In this document: in pieces, positions 58,794-64,000 of the stretch | Numbering within the stretch: position 1 is the stretch's first letter | How the letters are laid out: each line of letters begins with the position of its first letter | NCBI GenBank assembly: GCA_043228905.1 | Contig: JBHGNT010000013.1 | Coordinates: 1,674,001-1,738,000 of the forward strand | Direction: 5' to 3' | Length of the DNA stretch: 64,000 nt | From: Azolla caroliniana | Taxonomy: Eukaryota; Plantae; Polypodiophyta | The notes under the pieces: model-generated | Told to the model about the DNA's origin: nothing | The model's database searches: none | The model's input: only the letters and a program-made list of their open reading frames with translations | Translations under genes and position numbers: made by a program

Positions 58794-59792
58794 ACAATGC
58801 TCCAATACTTGAAGGCGGGGTGATCCATCAGGGACGTAAAGGAGATTCTTGTAAAAGAGTAAGCCATCTTGACATTTGAATTCCTGATAGTGTTGAGATG
58901 ATGCTTGAAATGTGGAGCAAGATGTATGGCTTGGACTAATGTAGGCTAAGACATCCTTAGCGAAATCATCAGAAGTGAAGTCGTTGCCGAATAATATCCA
59001 CAAGGCTTGATTCAAGCAGTGTGGCATAAACTGTTGTTGCTTGTAGTTTTGATGGTCCTAGGAGAATTTTCTATTGATTGTCGAAGTGCGAGATATGATC
59101 ATCGAGACAGAGCATCTGCTTTCCCTTGTTGTTTCCTAGGGCAAAAAATGATCTTGAAATCAAAACGAGCTAGAAATTGTGCTCACTGAGCTTGTCTCCT
59201 ATTTAACACTCGAGCCGTTTGAAAATACGTAAAAATTTTGTGATCACTAGAAATGATGATTTGATGAGGCCATCCTTCCAAGAAATGTCGCCATTGCTCG
59301 AAAGAGTCGACCACAACTAATAACTCATTGTCATGCACCTCATAGTTTATCTCCGCAACAATAAATTTTCGCGAGTAAAACGTGACTGGATGGATTGCCC
59401 GTCTTTGCTTGGTTGTGATAGGATACTCCCCAATGCAAAGTCTGACGCATCCGCCTCAATAGTAAATGGCCTTTCGGGATCAATATGCGCTAAGATAGAA
59501 GCTGATGTGAATGCCTTTTTGAACTGAGTAAAGGTCGTGTCCGCTTCATTAGTCCAAACAAACGCTTGATCTTTCTTTGTGAGTTGGGTCAGAGGCAACA
59601 CAATCTTTGAATAATTCCATATGAATTTACGATAGAAATTAGCAAATCCGAGGAAGCATTGGACGTCTCGAACAGAACGTGGGGGTTGCCATTCCAATAT
59701 TGTTTTGACTTTTGCTGGATCCATGAAGATACCCTTGGACAAAATAGTATAACCTAAGAATTCAACTTGTTTGTTGTTAAAATTGCACTTAA
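58794..59792 (-). pseudogene. Element K RT C-part / RNase H / integrase start
   Basis: KC..VEFLGY..MDPAKV..FLGFANFYRKFI..EADASDFALG; ...RLQVLEHC joins HDAPMAGH at 31820. Confidence 0.9.
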
Positions 59793-60148
59793 CACGTTCG
59801 CGTTCACAAGTGGAAGGATCGCGCATAAATGGAAGGATAAGGGAAATTTTAGGGCTTTTTCAATGATTTTACAAAACACATTGATACCAGTATCATATAT
59901 GTTCAAACATACTATGAAAAAGGTTAAAAATCCACTATTTTCGTGATTTAGAAGTAACTAAAAAAAGACGAATTTCAAAAAGATACATTCTCAATTTATA
60001 TCACAAACTTTACAACCAATGTTATTTTATAAGAAACGATTTTTTAGAAATCATAAGAATTCAAAACACATGCTTTTATATTACTCGATTTGTTACAAGA
60101 GGAATGTAGTTACACTTAATAGCCAAATATACATTCATGATCACTCCT

Positions 60149-62964
60149 TTACGGAGAATCACTACTATAACTAATATACAATGACGATTCCTCCTCATCA
60201 TCCTCGGATGTACCAATCAGTGCATTATCTTCGTCATAAACCAAATGGTTTGACTCTAGATTATATGTAGCAGATCTCGTTTGCCTTTGACTCGAGCCAC
60301 CTTGTAGACCTGGTAATTTTTCTTTTATTATATCTATTGTTGACTTCCTTAATCGTCCGGCTTTTGTAAGTGTGAAGTCGTACACGATGATATCCACATC
60401 AGAGATATCAAGGGTCGAGGTGTTACGAATGTTTCGCTTCCTCTTCCTACCTCCCCTTCTTGTTGGGCATTCAATCATCTCCAATGTATACTTACCTGTA
60501 AAAGCATTTGCACTTCTAGTGTTGTACCAATGAACATTTATAGACTTGATCGTGTTTTCTATTTCATGCATTAGCACTTCTAGAATTTTACCAACCCAAA
60601 ATTGGTGGCCATGTGAGTTCTCATCAGTCGGCGTTGCAATCAACATCCCCGCGGTGAGCTCTTGCAAATTGCCTTGCCATCTAGCTTCGGATGCTTTGGT
60701 CATCCTTGGTCCCACATAAATGTCTCTTTGTTGTGGATGGACTAAGTTGTCATTAATCGCATTTACTAGTTGCTCCGGAGTTCTATTTACGCGATCATGT
60801 TGCAGCAACCATGTGAATGGCGTTTCCAAATTCCAATTATCAACAAATACACAATTGTCTATAATTTCTTTCTGATCACTATAAAATACATCCCACCATG
60901 ACGTGTCTTGTTGTGCGGCATATTTCTTGGCGGCCTCAATATGCTTTCTTTTTTCTTCTAAGGCTTGGAGCCATGACCGTTTTTGTTCCGATACCAAGTC
61001 ACTCTGCAACTGTCCTTTCTTCTCAATTAGCATTTGCTTAGCTCCATGGACAATTGTACTCGGCATACAAAGTAATAACTGGCAATCATCTTCAGGTTCC
61101 CATGTTGTAGAAGATGAATATTGTTTAGCATACAAAAGTGTAGAACCACTTATTCCATTTTTCTTTATCATAAAAATGTGATTGAAACTTATATTGTTTA
61201 ACTGAGCAAGCACTTTAACATTCCCACCACCCCCATCTGATATATATCTCTTAAAGTCATATACCTCCTTCAAGTGTAACACTTTTGGGCGTGGTGTATA
61301 TGCATCACAAATGACATCAAATAGTTTAGGTAAAGTGAAAGCATCATGCCGAGACAACTGTCTGGAGAATGTGCTAAACATCTGATCTATATGGTCATGT
61401 GTGTGGCCAACCAAAAGGAAATTGACTTTCACTTTCCTAAACAATTCTAGGTTGACCAACATACTTAGATAGCCAAATACAGTTGAATTTTTGTTCTCTC
61501 TAGCAGTATTATCCAATTGAATGTATAGAATAGGGGGGAAAGGTTGGCCCCAAGACATCAAAACTCGGTGAATCACTGTAACTGTTAGGTTAGGGTCATT
61601 GTGAACATTGGGGTAAGTAATGAAGACGTGAGGTCGAACAGACCTATTATAAGCCAAGCATCCCACCAAGTGCATTTGAACAAGGCACTCATCATTGACA
61701 TCTTTGGGGAGCCTCTGCATATGCGGCAAGCATGTCTTCTTCTGGTCCATGTCATCTATCATTAAGCACATGTATTGTTCGGGCCTCTTCAAACACTTCT
61801 CTCTATGATGCATCGCCTTCTTTCATTCTAAGGATTGTGCCTCACGATGCTCTTGTAGTAACTTCTTACTCGTATCCTTTTCCATTGATGTCTTTGCACC
61901 TTTAGCCAAACTTTTAAGATTTGCACAAATGGAACAATACCCCATATGTACTTTACAAGGAATAATAACATTTGAAAACCGAGCTCTCCATAATCTTGTG
62001 AATTGGCTATAGGTGATAGACTTAGTACGTGAGCCCAGCATATCAGATCGATAGACATCATAAACTTCCCGACGTGTATAATTATCAGAAAGATGCATCC
62101 TACCTGTAGTGGGCATTACTTCACAATTTAACTGAAAGTAAGTTTTCATCCAACCAATAGCATGTCTTCCAATTGCACCTTTCATACTTGGAACCTCTTT
62201 ACAATTGAGCATCTGATCCCCGCTAAGTAGACGTTGTTGTACTCTATGTAGCCGCATGTTACTAACACATAACGCAATTTTGAATGCAACTCTACATATC
62301 TGTTGCACATGGAAGATATAATACTCGAATGATACTTTGATCCCCGTACATTTGTCAGATACTAGTTGCATATGTGACCCGGGGTAAGTGTCTTGCTCAT
62401 CACCGGTCATCGAAAAATAGTATCGCCTTAATTCTCGCAACTTTGATTTTCCAATCATAGACATACAACCACGGGCACAACATATTTTTTTGACATCAAA
62501 TCCAATCTGTTTATCTGATGTCACCAAGCTAAATCTAGCTAGACGAATTCTTCGTGGGATTCTTCTAATATGCATAGGGCTCCCAGATTTCTCTTCATGC
62601 ATAGAGGTTGGTGTAACCTTGTTACAATCTAATTCTCTGTTGTGACCATCGCCAATGTTATTCAATGTTTCCTGGGCACTACATTCTCCGTATCTTTATT
62701 AATGTCGTATTCTTCAATAGAGAACTCTTCACATGTGTCATTATTAACATTCCCTGTAGATGAGCTCAAACAATATTCTTCGATAGAATATGGTGAGTCT
62801 GTCGACAGACAATATTCTTCAATCGAATATGGTGAGTCTGTCGACAGACAATATTCTTCAATCGAATATGGTGACTCTGTTGACAAACAATACTCTTCAA
62901 TAGAAAACGATGAGTCTGATGACAAACAATATTTTTCAATCGAGAACGGTGAATCTTCACTCAT
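60149..62964 (-). pseudogene. Putative transposase (~930 aa), one frameshift (~62663) and one premature stop (61823)
   Basis: CCARGC and CSIC..H motifs; IDDMDQ, LYIQLDNTARENKN, FLLVGHTHDHIDQMFS RNase-H-fold catalytic motifs; ORFs 61823-62665 and 60149-61813 are in frame. Confidence 0.82.
62766..62960 (-). repeat. 39-bp coding tandem repeat (about 5 copies; SPYSIEEYCLSTD)
   Basis: Visible in the DNA and in ORF 62662-62964. Confidence 0.92.
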
Positions 62965-63665
62965 GGCTTAAGGTCTAGATAGGGCTCTGTAAGTTATGTG
63001 CTTAGGGTAAGGAAAAAAAACTAATAAGCTCCTCTCTAAACATATACTCCTCTCTAAACATAAACTTCTCTCTAAACAAAAGCCAAATCAATAGAATGTC
63101 TATATTATGTAATATTCTATTAATACAATACATAAAAAGTTTATGTTTAATAAAGTAATTGTACTTAAAATATCAATTATTATATAAACTACATCTATAT
63201 GAAGTTAAATCAAGTATAATATAAATCTAATCATTAACAAGCCATGAATATGTTGGATTAATGTTAAAATCATTGGCTAATTAATGGCACCCATTTTGAT
63301 GTAGAACCTCTCACTCATTGGTTCTTTAATGCTCACCATTTTAAATATTAGACTTATCAATCATTGGTTAATTCATGCCCACATCTTTAATACACAGCAT
63401 TTGAGAGTCATAAAAATTGTTGCTTTTAGTAATCAATCATTGGTACATTCATGAACCTCTATCATTGTCTCCTTCATGACCTTTGAAGTCATTGCAGGTT
63501 GTTATGACTATAAAAGATTAATCAATATGTTAGTTTGACTTTGTAATCATTAATGCAATCATAAGTTACTCTAGTTAATGTTACTATGGTTACCAACTAA
63601 CTATCCTCAAACTTACCAACCTTGGTTAAGATGACTATGGTTACTTTAACCAATGTGGTCAATCC

Positions 63666-63674
63666 CTATAAATA
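63666..63674 (+). promoter_or_regulatory. TATA box of a plus-strand gene divergent from the transposase
   Basis: CTATAAATA downstream of several ATCATTGG (CCAAT) repeats at 63270-63445. Confidence 0.55.
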
Positions 63675-63799
63675 GGAAGACCTCGTCATATTTCACTCAC
63701 AAGAGCGTACAGAGCACACAGAACGTACAAAGCACACAAAGCACACAGAGCTCAAAGCACCAAAGCGCGATCTCCGCCTCCACTGCCACACGATCAACC

Positions 63800-63834
63800 A
63801 TGTCTTCGAAGAGAATCGAGCGTGAGGACGCTAG
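63800..63834 (+). CDS. Probable first coding exon of an unknown gene (MSSKRIEREDA...)
   Basis: CAACCATGTC start context after a CA-rich 5' UTR; strong donor AG|GTAAGC at 63835. Confidence 0.45.
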
Positions 63835-63884
63835 GTAAGCCTCTGACACTGTGGATATTTTTGTAAATATGTTTCGTCGATCAA

Positions 63885-64000
63885 GAACTCGATATGGCGT
63901 ATCGAGTTCCTGTATACAATACAAACTTTATACAGGAACTCGATACGGCGTATCGAGTTCCCGTTTAAAACCTACACTTTAAACACGAACTCGATACGCC
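63885..64000. repeat. 51-bp-period array of 25-bp palindromes (GAACTCGATACGGCGTATCGAGTTC)
   Basis: Copies at 63885-63909, 63936-63960 and 63987-end, separated by 26-nt self-complementary linkers. Confidence 0.88.

Larger units (their letters stand above)
59793..64000 (-). mobile_element. DNA transposon L (DDE/D type, Sola1-like motifs); other end outside window
   Basis: Sharp terminus CACGTTCGCG at 59793 after TTAA, interrupting the K RT. Second copy of this terminus at 29035-29314. Transposase-like ORF. Confidence 0.78.

Noticed and set aside
29315-59792. 30-kb composite DNA transposon bounded by the two L termini
   Set aside because: The termini face the wrong way: their tips point into the interval and the element bodies lie outside it.
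63885-64000. CRISPR array
   Set aside because: The two 26-nt spacers are 17/26 identical and self-complementary, there are no cas genes, and the context is eukaryotic. It is a tandem palindrome repeat.

Overview
This window is eukaryotic, almost certainly land-plant, heterochromatin. The element mix suggests a non-seed plant (inference). It consists almost entirely of nested transposable elements, and no confident host gene is present. Left nest (host > insert): gypsy relic E > gypsy D > gypsy C1 > gypsy A1 > (full-length gypsy B 2312-9260 and a solo LTR 357-1085). E also hosts a non-autonomous LTR element G (18567-28690), which contains a deleted chromovirus F and a full-length copia H (21914-27476). 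The middle holds a DNA-transposon end, a LINE fragment with a fold-back, and an orphan LTR. Right nest: chromovirus K > chromovirus I (31826-58793) > (full-length gypsy C2 33553-43498 with a ~990-codon extra ORF; copia J; gypsy A2). K is also interrupted by a DDE-type DNA transposon L (59793 to window end). Most ORFs carry premature stops. The most striking observation is that C2 and G have no polypurine tract. In its place, 2 nt from the 3' LTR, both carry a conserved sense-strand copy of a tRNA 3' half (T-arm with an inserted hairpin, acceptor strand, CCA). This gives a PBS-like site inside both LTRs and suggests tRNA- or tRNA-mimic-primed plus-strand synthesis. Other notable points: CpG-centred 4-bp target sites for the tRNA-Trp-primed families, a GGATTTT plus pseudoknot -1 frameshift located after the protease, and outward-facing tRNA-like box A/B motifs in the LTRs of unrelated families. 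Element letters are my own labels. tRNA and lineage assignments are from recall and need database confirmation.
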